The notes beneath the pieces were generated by a model. The model worked only from the letters and a program-made list of their open reading frames with translations, made no database searches and was not told the origin of the DNA. 64,000 nucleotides of DNA from an uncultured delta proteobacterium (GTDB lineage: Bacteria > Desulfobacterota > BSN033 > UBA1163), in NCBI GenBank assembly GCA_963827685.1, contig CAWHBU010000002.1, positions 96,001-160,000 on the forward strand, read 5' to 3'. Positions 41,552 through 50,187 of this stretch are shown here, one piece after another (the stretch's first letter is position 1; every line of letters starts with the position of its first letter). A program made the position numbers and the translations under genes.

Positions 41552-43118
41552 TTAGCCAAGGATCTTATCCACTTCCTCTTGATCAGAATCCATCACATAG
41601 GGGATCCCGGAGATCTCAGCGGCCTTCCGGGTCAAGGCGCAGATGTCATTCCTCGAAATATATTTCAAGGCAAATTTTCTGGCTCCGGCCATCATCTGTT
41701 GAAGTCCTGCATTCAGACGATCAAAATAGGTGACCATTCCAATCGTCCCTGCAGGGATGCGTTCAAAGTCCTTCCCATATTTATCCTTCAGTTTAGCGGC
41801 CAAAATGAAGATGTGTTCCACATCGGTCCCAAATTTGGCTACATCCGCAGGGACTTTGCCTTTTTTGACCATCTCACCGATCGTATTTCCCACCATGGCA
41901 GCGGTCATCGAAGCTCGACCCAGGCAGATGGCTTTAATATAAGGAGCAGCCAGGGCGATGGCTTTGAAGATATGATCCTCTAGAGAACCCCCCTGCCATG
42001 GCACAAGCGGGGATGAACGCACCTTTTTGATCTAAGCGTTTCAGATATTGGTAGAGGAGACTTTCAAGGTACACCGTGGGGACTCCCCATTCGTTCATCA
42101 TCCGCCAGGGGCTCATCCCTGTTCCTCCTCCAGCACCATCCACAGTGAGAAGGTCGATCTTGGCATCCGAGGCATATTTGACGGCTCGGGCCAGATCCGC
42201 AGGCCGATAAGCTCCGGTTTTGAGTGAGACATATTTGGCTCCGATCTTTTTCAGACGCTCCACTTCCTTACGGAATCCCTCCTCATCCACCATACCCAGC
42301 CTGGAATGGCGTTCGAATTCTTTAAAATCTCCCTGTTTGAAAGCTTCCTGGATCACATGATCTTCAGGATCGGGGAGGACGATATAGCCCCGGCTCTTTA
42401 ATTGCAGCGCCCTCTCCAAGGTCGGGAGCTTGACTTCACCACCGATGTCTTTGGCCCCTTGTCCCCATTTCGGTTCGATAATCTGGACGCCCAACTTCTC
42501 TACGACATATTCCGGAACGCCGAGGCGTCCGTCTTCCACATTATATTGAACGACGATTCCCCCATACCCGTCATACCATTGCTGGAATGTCTTGACACGG
42601 CGTTCCATCTCTGGAGATCTGACCACGTGGCTATTCTTAAATTCAGACTTGGGATCCATACCACAGACATTTTCCCCTACGACAACCAGGGTTCCGGAGA
42701 TGGCTGCTGCAATCGCCATCGCTTCCCAATGAATCCGCGCGATATCGGTTGAACCTAAAGCGCCTGTAAAGTATGGGACCTTCAATTTAATCTTTTCTCT
42801 CGACCCAACTTCTGTTGACACGTCTACAGCCGGAAAGGTCGCACGGTCTGAATCGGCCGAGATACCGACCGCGCCCACACAAGTCCCCTGAATATTAAAA
42901 TGGGAATAATCGATGGGATAATCTTTCTCAGATCCTGCGGTCACCTTGGAAAACGGCTGGGGGTAGAGAATTTCCCTTCCTCTTAAGGCGGAACGACCCA
43001 CTTCACAAGGGCCTGGACACCCGTCCAGACAGGTCACACAAATCCCTGATATGGGAGCGGGTTCTACCCGATTTCGAGTAAAGGTCGCCGGACTACGATT
43101 TGGTTTGGTGAATGTCAT
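41552..43118 (-). CDS. FMN-binding glutamate synthase family protein (stand-alone, archaeal-type); one frameshift near 41981
   Basis: N-terminal CxxCxxxCxxxC, KWGQGAKDIGGE, LKTGAY, TVDGAGGGTGMSP; MAGGFS joins LEDHIFKAIAL...CLGRA in the next frame; RBS AGGAGGGGG. Confidence 0.9.
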
Positions 43119-43146
43119 ACTCCCCCTCCTTCTTAAGATGATTAAC

Positions 43147-43246
43147 AAAAAAAAGACGTCAAATCTCTTTGACGCCTTTGTCGTGTGAGATAAAATGGGC
43201 ACCGAACTTCTTCGACGCCCTTGTCTTCAATACATCTTCGTATTGA
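43147..43246 (-). promoter_or_regulatory. ANTAR-target RNA leader: three hexaloop hairpins and two tandem intrinsic terminators
   Basis: Minus strand: CAATAC-GAAGAT-GTATTG; GAC-AAGGGC-GTC overlapping terminator GGGCGTCGAA-gaag-TTCGGTGCCC-ATTTT; GAC-AAAGGC-GTC overlapping terminator GGCGTCAAA-gaga-TTTGACGTC-T8. An ANTAR gene lies immediately upstream. Confidence 0.85.
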
Positions 43247-43254
43247 TCGTTAAC

Positions 43255-43283
43255 TATTTAATATAATAAAATATTTTTGTCAA
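43255..43283 (-). promoter_or_regulatory. Putative sigma-70 promoter for the ANTAR leader
   Basis: TTGACA (43283-43278) followed at 16-17 nt by AT-rich TTAAAT/TAAATA, just 5' of the first hairpin. Confidence 0.55.
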
Positions 43284-43300
43284 GAATATTCTGAAATTGG

Positions 43301-44005
43301 TCATCCCCCCATTTTTTCTGTGAGGAGGATAGCTTCAGCGATCTCTCGCATGGTCTTTCGACTGTCCATGCTCGCCTTTCGAATCCTTTTAAAGGCCTCT
43401 TCTTCGCTCAAGTCATGGTGTTTCATCAAGGCTCCCTTGGCCCTTTCCACCAATTTTCGGGTCTCCAATTCCTCCTGGATCACCTTAGTCTTTACCATTA
43501 ATTCGGTATTCTCAATGCAGATGGCCGCCTGGTTGGCCACGGCTGTGAGGACAACTCTTTCTGTCTCATTAAATTCGTGGGGATAAGAGGTATAGCAATT
43601 GATCACCCCGATGACCTTATCTTTCAACGTCAAGGGGACACTGAGCATGGAGACCAAGCCCTCTTTTCTTGCCAATTCTTTCTCTTTGTAACGGGGTTCC
43701 TTCAAGACATTGAGGATGGCCAATGGTTTGTTTTCCTGTGCCACATAACCCACGACGCCCTCTCCTAATTTTAAAGTCCGTTCCTTGAGGTATTCCTCAC
43801 TCATGGTTTGAGTCGCCCTGATTCTGAGAACTTTCTCTTTTTCATCCAGTATCCAGAGAGAACAGATCGTTGAATCCATTACATTGGCTGTTACGGTTAC
43901 AATCAGCTTTAAGATGTCATCCAAATACCGGTCCGAAGAGATGGCTTGGCTGATTTCTGAAAGGGCTTGAATCTGTTTCTTGTAGGATGTCTTTCTATAG
44001 AGCAA
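43301..44005 (-). CDS. GAF and ANTAR domain-containing RNA-binding antiterminator
   Basis: GAF domain, then ELETRKLVERAKGALM...LSEEEAFKRIRKASMDSRKTMREIAEAIL (canonical ANTAR). Confidence 0.94.
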   Translation of the reverse strand: MLYRKTSYKKQIQALSEISQAISSDRYLDDILKLIVTVTANVMDSTICSLWILDEKEKVLRIRATQTMSEEYLKERTLKLGEGVVGYVAQENKPLAILNVLKEPRYKEKELARKEGLVSMLSVPLTLKDKVIGVINCYTSYPHEFNETERVVLTAVANQAAICIENTELMVKTKVIQEELETRKLVERAKGALMKHHDLSEEEAFKRIRKASMDSRKTMREIAEAILLTEKMGG

Positions 44006-44047
44006 TTAAGTACCTCCTTTCCTTACAATCCATTCAGCTACGCGGTA

Positions 44048-44076
44048 AATTTACACAAAAGATCGAAAGTTGTCAA
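44048..44076 (-). promoter_or_regulatory. Putative sigma-70 promoter for the GAF-ANTAR gene
   Basis: Minus strand TTGACA, 17 nt spacer, TAAATT. Confidence 0.55.
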
Positions 44077-44090
44077 CAAAGGTGGTTCCT

Positions 44091-44360
44091 TTTCCCGCCC
44101 CAGTTTTTGTGGTTCGCCAAGGGGACTAAAGGCATCCACCCAAGCCAGCGGATTCGAGATGAAGAAAAACTGGGGGTGGAGGACGGACGGTTTACTAAGA
44201 ACCTTCGGTAGTGTTGACCCGGGTAGGAGATTATGCTAAATCTGAACAGACAAACCGACACCGGGAGACCATGTGTGATACCCATCCGTCGAGAACAGGA
44301 AGACTGATTGAGAGAGTAACCCGGCAAGTGTGACCGTTAACGCGTTGGATCAGCATTTTT
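44091..44360 (+). ncRNA. Candidate structured non-coding RNA/leader of unknown class
   Basis: Helices: CCCCAGTTTTT(44098-108)/AAAAACTGGGG(44165-75), GACGGA/TCCGTC, CCGGGT/ACCCGG, GTGTTGAC/GTTAACGC; no long ORF. Confidence 0.3.
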
Positions 44361-44388
44361 CAATCTCGTGAAGAAGGAAGGAGACAAA

Positions 44389-45030
44389 ATGGATCCGGTA
44401 AAACAGTGGTGGGTTGAAGAGAAGGCAAGGAAGGCCGTTGAAAAACTGGTGGCTCATGATTTTAAGGCGATTTATGTTGGGACGAAAGAAGAGGCGGCTC
44501 AGGAAGTTTTGAAACACATCACTCCGAAGCAGAGAATAGGGATAGGTGGCTCCATGACTATAAGAGAGTCAGGGATTTTGGAAAAATTGGAAGCACAGAA
44601 TTATACTATTTATAACCATTGGAAGCCAGGGCTTTCAAGAGAAAGCATGCTCGAGATCAGGAAGTCGCAAATGACTTCCGATCTCTTTCTGAGCAGCGCC
44701 AACGCTGTCACTCTGAACGGAGAGCTGGTTAGTATTGACGGGATCGGGAACCGTGTCAATTCAACCACTTTTGGTCCCGGAAAGGTAATCCTCGTCGCCG
44801 GTTATAATAAGATTGTTGAAGATGTTCAAGAAGGGATCAAGAGGATAAAGAATGTGGCTGCCCCCCTTAACGCAAGGCGACTCAATATTGATGTTCCCTG
44901 TGCCAAGGTGGGAAAGTGTGTCGATTGTAATTCTCCCAACCGGATCTGCAGGGTGCTTGTTATCCTCGAACGAAAACCATCCTTGACAGATATCTTCGTC
45001 ATTCTGGTCGGAGAAGAACTGGGATTCTGA
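44389..45030 (+). CDS. LUD-domain (lactate utilization protein C-like) protein
   Basis: GIGGSMT, SSANAVTLNGELVSIDGIGNRV, VAAPLNARRL, C...CxxCxSPxRIC. Confidence 0.88.
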   Translation: MDPVKQWWVEEKARKAVEKLVAHDFKAIYVGTKEEAAQEVLKHITPKQRIGIGGSMTIRESGILEKLEAQNYTIYNHWKPGLSRESMLEIRKSQMTSDLFLSSANAVTLNGELVSIDGIGNRVNSTTFGPGKVILVAGYNKIVEDVQEGIKRIKNVAAPLNARRLNIDVPCAKVGKCVDCNSPNRICRVLVILERKPSLTDIFVILVGEELGF

Positions 45031-45032
45031 TA

Positions 45033-45130
45033 CATTGCGGATTTCGCCTGCCTTCGCCGAAGCGGCTTCGCGCAGGCAGGGAATTCGGATTTCGGATTCT
45101 ATTCCGCAATCTGCATTCCGCATTCTAAAA
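45033..45130. repeat. Heptamer-periodic inverted repeat with a 34-bp CCTGCC...GGCAGG insert (45047-45080)
   Basis: ATTGCGG ATTTCG[insert]G AATTCGG ATTTCGG ... TCCGCAA TCTGCAT TCCGCAT; the insert is the reverse complement of 26003-26036 with one mismatch. Confidence 0.85.
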
Positions 45131-45151
45131 TCTTAGTAAGGGGGAGGAGCT

Positions 45152-46714
45152 ATGGGTAAGATCAGGAGGGCAATTGTCAGTGTTTCGGACAAGACTGGGG
45201 TGGTTCCATTTGCCAAGGGTTTAGCACAGATGGGTGTTGAGATCCTTTCAACCGGAGGGACGGCAAAAACATTGAGGGAGCAGGGCGTCTCTGTCACGGA
45301 TATCTCTGATTATACGGGATTCCCCGAGATGCTGGATGGGAGGGTAAAGACCCTCCACCCAAAAGTCCATGGAGGGCTTTTAGGACAGCGATCTAAAAAG
45401 GAGCATGTGAAGAAGATGGAGGAGCACGGGATTCTTCCTATCGATCTCGTAGCGGTCAACCTCTATCCTTTTGAGGCAACTGTGGCAAAGAAGGATTGCG
45501 TCCTGGAAGAGGCGATTGAGAATATCGATATCGGCGGTCCGACGATGCTCCGCTCATCAGCGAAAAATTACCCCGATGTGACCGTGGTGGTGGATCCCAG
45601 CGATTACGAACCGGTCCTCTCCGAATTGAAGGAGAAAGGGGAAATCTCTTTAGAGACCAATTTTCGCTTAGCCAAGAAGGTCTTCCAACACACGGCACGG
45701 TATGATGGGGCCATCTCAAATTATTTGGGCCAGATCGAGAAGGGCAAGAAAGTCCACGAATTTCCGGAGACCTTCACGTTCCAGGTAAAGAAAGCTCAGG
45801 AGTTGCGTTATGGAGAGAACCCCCACCAAAAGGCAGCCTTTTATCGTGAGTATTTGTTAAGCGAGCCTTCGGTTTCGAATGCGGTTCAACTCCAGGGCAA
45901 AGAATTGTCATACAATAATATACTCGATATTGACTCCGCCTATGAGACGGTTAAGGATTTTGAAGAAACGGCGACGGTCATCATTAAACATAACAATCCG
46001 TGCGGTGTGGCGGTTTCTTCTAAGAGTTTAGCGGACGCCTACAAGAAAGCGAGGGACTGTGATCCGGTCTCGGCATTCGGGGGCGTGGTGGGTTTCAATC
46101 GGGTAGTGGATAAAGAGACGGCAAAGGAGATGGCTGAAATCTTTCTCGAAGCCATCATTGCTCCAGGTATTGATCCAGATGCATTGGAGATTCTTAAGAA
46201 GAAGAAGGATCTCCGAATCCTCAAAACGCCACCTCTCACAGGCTCCCCCCTGCAAGGAGGATTTGATCTCAGAAAAGTGGTGGGCGGGCTCTTGGTCCAG
46301 GATCGAGACCTCGGCAAAGTGCCCATGGCTCAATGGAAAGTGGTGACCAAAAGGAAACCGACCGAGGAAGAGAAAAGGGCGATGGCTTTTGGTTGGAAAG
46401 TTGCCAAGCACGTGAAATCGAATGCCATCGTCCTCGTCAGGGAAGATCGGACCATTGGAATTGGCGCTGGCCAGATGAGCCGTGTTGATTCCACCCGCTT
46501 GGCGGTGATGAAGGCCCAATCATCAACCAAAGGAACGGTCTTGGCCTCGGATGCGATGTTTCCGTTCAGAGATGGTGTGGATACAGGCGCTGAAGCAGGT
46601 GCTTCAGCCATCATCCAACCCGGAGGTTCGATTCGAGACGATGAGGTGATCGCTGCCGCGGACGAATATAACATCGCCATGGTCTTTACAGGAATGAGGC
46701 ACTTCAGACATTAA
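45152..46714 (+). CDS. purH: Bifunctional AICAR transformylase/IMP cyclohydrolase
   Basis: [55 protein letters not shown]. Confidence 0.98.
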   Translation: MGKIRRAIVSVSDKTGVVPFAKGLAQMGVEILSTGGTAKTLREQGVSVTDISDYTGFPEMLDGRVKTLHPKVHGGLLGQRSKKEHVKKMEEHGILPIDLVAVNLYPFEATVAKKDCVLEEAIENIDIGGPTMLRSSAKNYPDVTVVVDPSDYEPVLSELKEKGEISLETNFRLAKKVFQHTARYDGAISNYLGQIEKGKKVHEFPETFTFQVKKAQELRYGENPHQKAAFYREYLLSEPSVSNAVQLQGKELSYNNILDIDSAYETVKDFEETATVIIKHNNPCGVAVSSKSLADAYKKARDCDPVSAFGGVVGFNRVVDKETAKEMAEIFLEAIIAPGIDPDALEILKKKKDLRILKTPPLTGSPLQGGFDLRKVVGGLLVQDRDLGKVPMAQWKVVTKRKPTEEEKRAMAFGWKVAKHVKSNAIVLVREDRTIGIGAGQMSRVDSTRLAVMKAQSSTKGTVLASDAMFPFRDGVDTGAEAGASAIIQPGGSIRDDEVIAAADEYNIAMVFTGMRHFRH

Positions 46715-46799
46715 TTCGTGAATCGTGAATGGTGACTCGTGAACCGTAAATTAGACTATACGGCTCACGGATCACGAACCACGAATCACGAGTCACGAG
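46714..46799. repeat. Heptamer-periodic inverted repeat (TCGTGAA / TCACGAA arms)
   Basis: TCGTGAA TCGTGAA TGGTGAC TCGTGAA CCGTAAA ... TCACGGA TCACGAA CCACGAA TCACGAG TCACGAG between purH and purD. Confidence 0.85.
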
Positions 46800-46805
46800 G
46801 TATAT

Positions 46806-48080
46806 ATGAAGGTTCTGGTGGTGGGCAGTGGGGGCAGGGAGCACGCCTTAGTTTGGAAGATTACACAAAGTCCAAGAGTATCGAAGGTCTATTGTGCCCC
46901 AGGGAATGCAGGGATCTCCGAACAGGCAACGATTGTCCCGATCAAGGCCAATGACTTAAATGGTTTACTTGAGTTCGCCCTAAAAGAGAAGATGGATTTG
47001 ACTGTGGTTGGACCTGAGGATCCTTTGACCCGGGGCATTGTCGATCTTTTCGAATCAAAGGGCCTTTTCATTTTTGGAGCAAACAGGAAAGCGGCAGAGA
47101 TTGAAGGGAGTAAAGCCTTTGCCAAAGAGATGATGAAGAAGTATTACATTCCGACAGCTTTTTATGAGATCTTCGATAACCGGAATGACGCAGTGAAATA
47201 TATTCGCAAACAGGGGGCTCCCATCGTGGTCAAGGCAGATGGTTTGGCAGCGGGCAAGGGAGTGATCGTTTGCAATACCATAGAGGAGGCCACCCAGTCT
47301 GTGGATAAGATCATGGTGGAGAAGATATTCGGAGAGGCGGGAAATCGAGTGGTGATCGAAGAATACCTTGTAGGAGAAGAAGCGTCTTACATTGCTTTTA
47401 CGGATGGAAAGACCATCCTTCCTATGGCGTCTTCCCAAGATCATAAGTCTATCTTTGATGGAGACCAGGGTCCCAACACAGGCGGGATGGGAGCTTATTC
47501 ACCCGCACCTGTAGTGACGGATGAGGTCCATGAGAGGATTATCGAGAAGATTTTGAGGCCGATCATCTATGGCATGGGAGAGGAGGGCAGACCCTACAAA
47601 GGGGTTCTCTATGCGGGTCTGATGATTCATGATGGTCATCCTAAGGTATTGGAGTTTAACGCTCGATTCGGAGACCCAGAAACCCAGCCTGTTTTGATGC
47701 GGATGAAGGAAGATATCGTTCCCATTCTGGAGGCTTGCATGAAAGGGAATTTGTCCCAACACCACATCGAATGGGACAACCGTGCCTCTACGTGTGTGGT
47801 GATGGCTTCAAAGGGATATCCTGGAGATTACGAGAAGGGCAAAGTCATCGAGGGGCTAAAAGACGTTTCTCGAATGGAAGGAGTTTTTGTCTTTCATGCG
47901 GGGACAGCTCTCAAAGACGGGCAGGTCATCAGCAATGGCGGGAGAGTTTTAGGAGTGACAGGACTGGGAGAAGACATTCCGAGGGCGATCGAGAGAACTT
48001 ATCAGGCTGTTAAGAAGATCTCCTGGGATGGAGTTCAGTATCGAACCGACATCGGTCAAAAAGCGCTGTGCTGGCTATAG
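46806..48080 (+). CDS. purD: Phosphoribosylamine--glycine ligase
   Basis: GSGGREHAL, KADGLAAGKGV, GPNTGGMGAY, EFNARFGDPE, YRTDIG. Confidence 0.98.
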   Translation: MKVLVVGSGGREHALVWKITQSPRVSKVYCAPGNAGISEQATIVPIKANDLNGLLEFALKEKMDLTVVGPEDPLTRGIVDLFESKGLFIFGANRKAAEIEGSKAFAKEMMKKYYIPTAFYEIFDNRNDAVKYIRKQGAPIVVKADGLAAGKGVIVCNTIEEATQSVDKIMVEKIFGEAGNRVVIEEYLVGEEASYIAFTDGKTILPMASSQDHKSIFDGDQGPNTGGMGAYSPAPVVTDEVHERIIEKILRPIIYGMGEEGRPYKGVLYAGLMIHDGHPKVLEFNARFGDPETQPVLMRMKEDIVPILEACMKGNLSQHHIEWDNRASTCVVMASKGYPGDYEKGKVIEGLKDVSRMEGVFVFHAGTALKDGQVISNGGRVLGVTGLGEDIPRAIERTYQAVKKISWDGVQYRTDIGQKALCWL

Positions 48081-48084
48081 GAAA

Positions 48085-48145
48085 AACGCATAGGGCATAG
48101 CGCATAGGACATAGCCTTTGTGGCGCCCTCATTTACTGGGGGCGA
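48085..48145. repeat. Half heptamer array (GCATAGG) followed by a REP-like palindrome copy
   Basis: GCATAGG GCATAGC GCATAGG ACATAGC, then GTGGCGCCCTCATTTACTGGGGGCGA (reverse copy of 31486-31512). Confidence 0.7.
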
Positions 48146-48224
48146 GGAAGATCATCGTCGGCAATCAATGCCGACGCTACAACTACTGGATGAGAGAAAA
48201 AGACGAAGCGGAGGATGATAGGGC

Positions 48225-49280
48225 ATGTATAAAATCGCCGTGATTCCTGGAGATGGGACCGGACCTGAAGTCGTGGCTGAGGGAGTGAAGGTTCTGAAAG
48301 CCGTCTCCGAAAAATTCAAGTTTAAATATCAGCTGGAGCATTACGACCTGGGTGGCGAACGTTATCTGAAAACCAAAGAGACATTGCCGGATTCTGTTCT
48401 CAATGAGTTGAAAGAGATGGATGCTATTTATCTGGGTGCGATCGGCCATCCGGACGTAAAGCCTGGGATTCTGGAACAGGGGATTTTACTAAAGATTCGA
48501 TTTCAACTGGACCAATATATCAATCTGAGACCTGTCAAACTTTATGTCGGTGTGGAAACCCCTTTGAAAGATAAGGGGCCTAAGGATATTGACTTCATTG
48601 TAGTCAGGGAGAATACAGAAGGTGCCTATACGGGTGTGGGTGGATTTGTCAGAAAAGGAACTCCGGACGAAGTTGCGATCCAGGAGGCGATCCATACTCG
48701 GAAAGGCGTAGAGCGTTGCATCCGTTTCGCCTTTGAATATTGTCGTAAAAGGAAGCAGAAAAATAAGGTGACTCTTTGCGGGAAGACAAATGTTCTCACC
48801 TATGCCTTCGACCTGTGGGAGAGGGCCTTTCGTGAAGTGGCTAAGGAATATAAAGGCATCGAGGCGGACTACGCCCATGTAGATGCGGTCTGCATGTGGA
48901 TGGTCAAGAATCCAGAGTGGTTCGATGTGATCGTCACCGACAATATGTTCGGAGATATCATCACCGACCTGGGTGCAATGATTCAGGGAGGATTAGGGAT
49001 CGCGGCTGGAGGAAATATCAATCCAAAAGGAGTTTCAATGTTTGAGCCTATTGGTGGCTCTGCTCCTAAATATACAGGAAAGGGAGTCGTGAGCCCCCTG
49101 GCAGCGATTTCTGCGTGTCAGATGATGCTTGAACATCTCGGCGAAGAAAAGGCCGGTCGAGGAATTGAAGAGGCCATCATGAAGGTAGTGAAGCAGGATG
49201 TGAAGAGCCTGAATGCTGGCAAGATGGGATATAGCACTTCTCAGGTCGGCGATCTGGTAGTGAAGTATATCAATAAATGA
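48225..49280 (+). CDS. leuB: 3-isopropylmalate dehydrogenase
   Basis: [42 protein letters not shown]. Confidence 0.88.
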   Translation: MYKIAVIPGDGTGPEVVAEGVKVLKAVSEKFKFKYQLEHYDLGGERYLKTKETLPDSVLNELKEMDAIYLGAIGHPDVKPGILEQGILLKIRFQLDQYINLRPVKLYVGVETPLKDKGPKDIDFIVVRENTEGAYTGVGGFVRKGTPDEVAIQEAIHTRKGVERCIRFAFEYCRKRKQKNKVTLCGKTNVLTYAFDLWERAFREVAKEYKGIEADYAHVDAVCMWMVKNPEWFDVIVTDNMFGDIITDLGAMIQGGLGIAAGGNINPKGVSMFEPIGGSAPKYTGKGVVSPLAAISACQMMLEHLGEEKAGRGIEEAIMKVVKQDVKSLNAGKMGYSTSQVGDLVVKYINK

Positions 49281-49371
49281 ATTTCGGATTGCGGATTGCA
49301 GATTGCGGAATTAAAGTTTAGGAGATTTTTTGTTTAAGATTCCGAAATCCGAATTCCGAAATCCGCATTTG
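49281..49371. repeat. Heptamer-periodic inverted repeat (ATTGCGG / CCGAAAT arms)
   Basis: ATTTCGG ATTGCGG ATTGCAG ATTGCGG ... TCCGAAA TCCGAAT TCCGAAA TCCGCAT between leuB and lsrF. Confidence 0.85.
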
Positions 49372-49386
49372 AGAATGGAGGTTATC

Positions 49387-50187
49387 ATGGAATGGGGAAT
49401 GAAAAATCGTCTGGCGCAGGTGATCAGGTCGGATGGGCATTGCCTTTTTTTGCCCATTGATCATGGTTATTTTCAGGGGCCGACCCGAAAATTAGAAAAA
49501 CCCGGGGAAACAATTCGGCCGCTGCTTCGCTATTGCGATGCTCTCTTTGTAACGAGAGGCGTGTTGCGGGCGTCTATCGATCCTGAAAATACCAAGCCCA
49601 TCATTCTTCGTGTTTCAGGTGGCACGAGCATGGTTGGGAAGGATCTCTCGAACGAAGGGATCACCACATCGATGGAGGAGGCGATTCGTCTCAATGCCGC
49701 AGCCGTGGGTATTTCAATCTTTGTCGGGAGTGAATATGAGAGGGAATCATTGTTGAACCTCTCCAAGCTGGTGGATGAAGGGGAAAAATATGGCATCCCA
49801 GTCATGGCTGTCACAGCCGTCGGAAAGGAGTTGGAGAAAAGAGATGCTCGCTACCTTGCTTTAAGTTCACGGATTGCGGCTGAACTGGGAGCGCGAATTG
49901 TAAAAACCTACTGGTGTGAGAATTTTGATAAGGTGGTCGATGGCTGTCCTGTGCCTGTGGTAATGGCTGGAGGCCCGAAGGTCGATACAGAGTTACAAGT
50001 ATTCGAGTTTGTCCATGATGGAATGGAAAAAGGCGCCATTGGGGTGAACCTCGGGCGAAACATCTGGCAGAATGACTATCCTGTACCCATGATTAAAGCC
50101 TTGCGTGCGATCATCCACGAAAAAGCAGCAGTGAAGGAAGCGAATGATATATTTGAACAGGAGAAAACAAGAAAGACTAAAGGTTAA
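49387..50187 (+). CDS. lsrF: LsrF-like class I aldolase/thiolase (DhnA family)
   Basis: MEWGMKNRL, DHGYFQGP, RIAAELGARIVKTY, CPVPVVMAGG, GRNIWQ. Confidence 0.85.
   Translation: MEWGMKNRLAQVIRSDGHCLFLPIDHGYFQGPTRKLEKPGETIRPLLRYCDALFVTRGVLRASIDPENTKPIILRVSGGTSMVGKDLSNEGITTSMEEAIRLNAAAVGISIFVGSEYERESLLNLSKLVDEGEKYGIPVMAVTAVGKELEKRDARYLALSSRIAAELGARIVKTYWCENFDKVVDGCPVPVVMAGGPKVDTELQVFEFVHDGMEKGAIGVNLGRNIWQNDYPVPMIKALRAIIHEKAAVKEANDIFEQEKTRKTKG

Noticed and set aside
7241-43202. Calling the hybrid kinase, lysC, nnr and the glutamate-synthase gene true pseudogenes
   Set aside because: Each has a single indel and no other decay, and several are housekeeping genes, so sequencing error is more parsimonious until reads are checked.
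44091-44360. ZTP, PRPP or SAM-I riboswitch, RNase P RNA or tmRNA before purH
   Set aside because: Only short motif look-alikes (GGTGGAGGAC, AACCCGGCAA) with wrong spacing; the diagnostic cores are missing. Kept only as an unclassified candidate.
22321-49371. CRISPR array interpretation of the intergenic repeats
   Set aside because: Units are 7-nt degenerate tandem repeats in inverted arms, with no constant 25-40-bp repeat separated by unique spacers and no cas genes.
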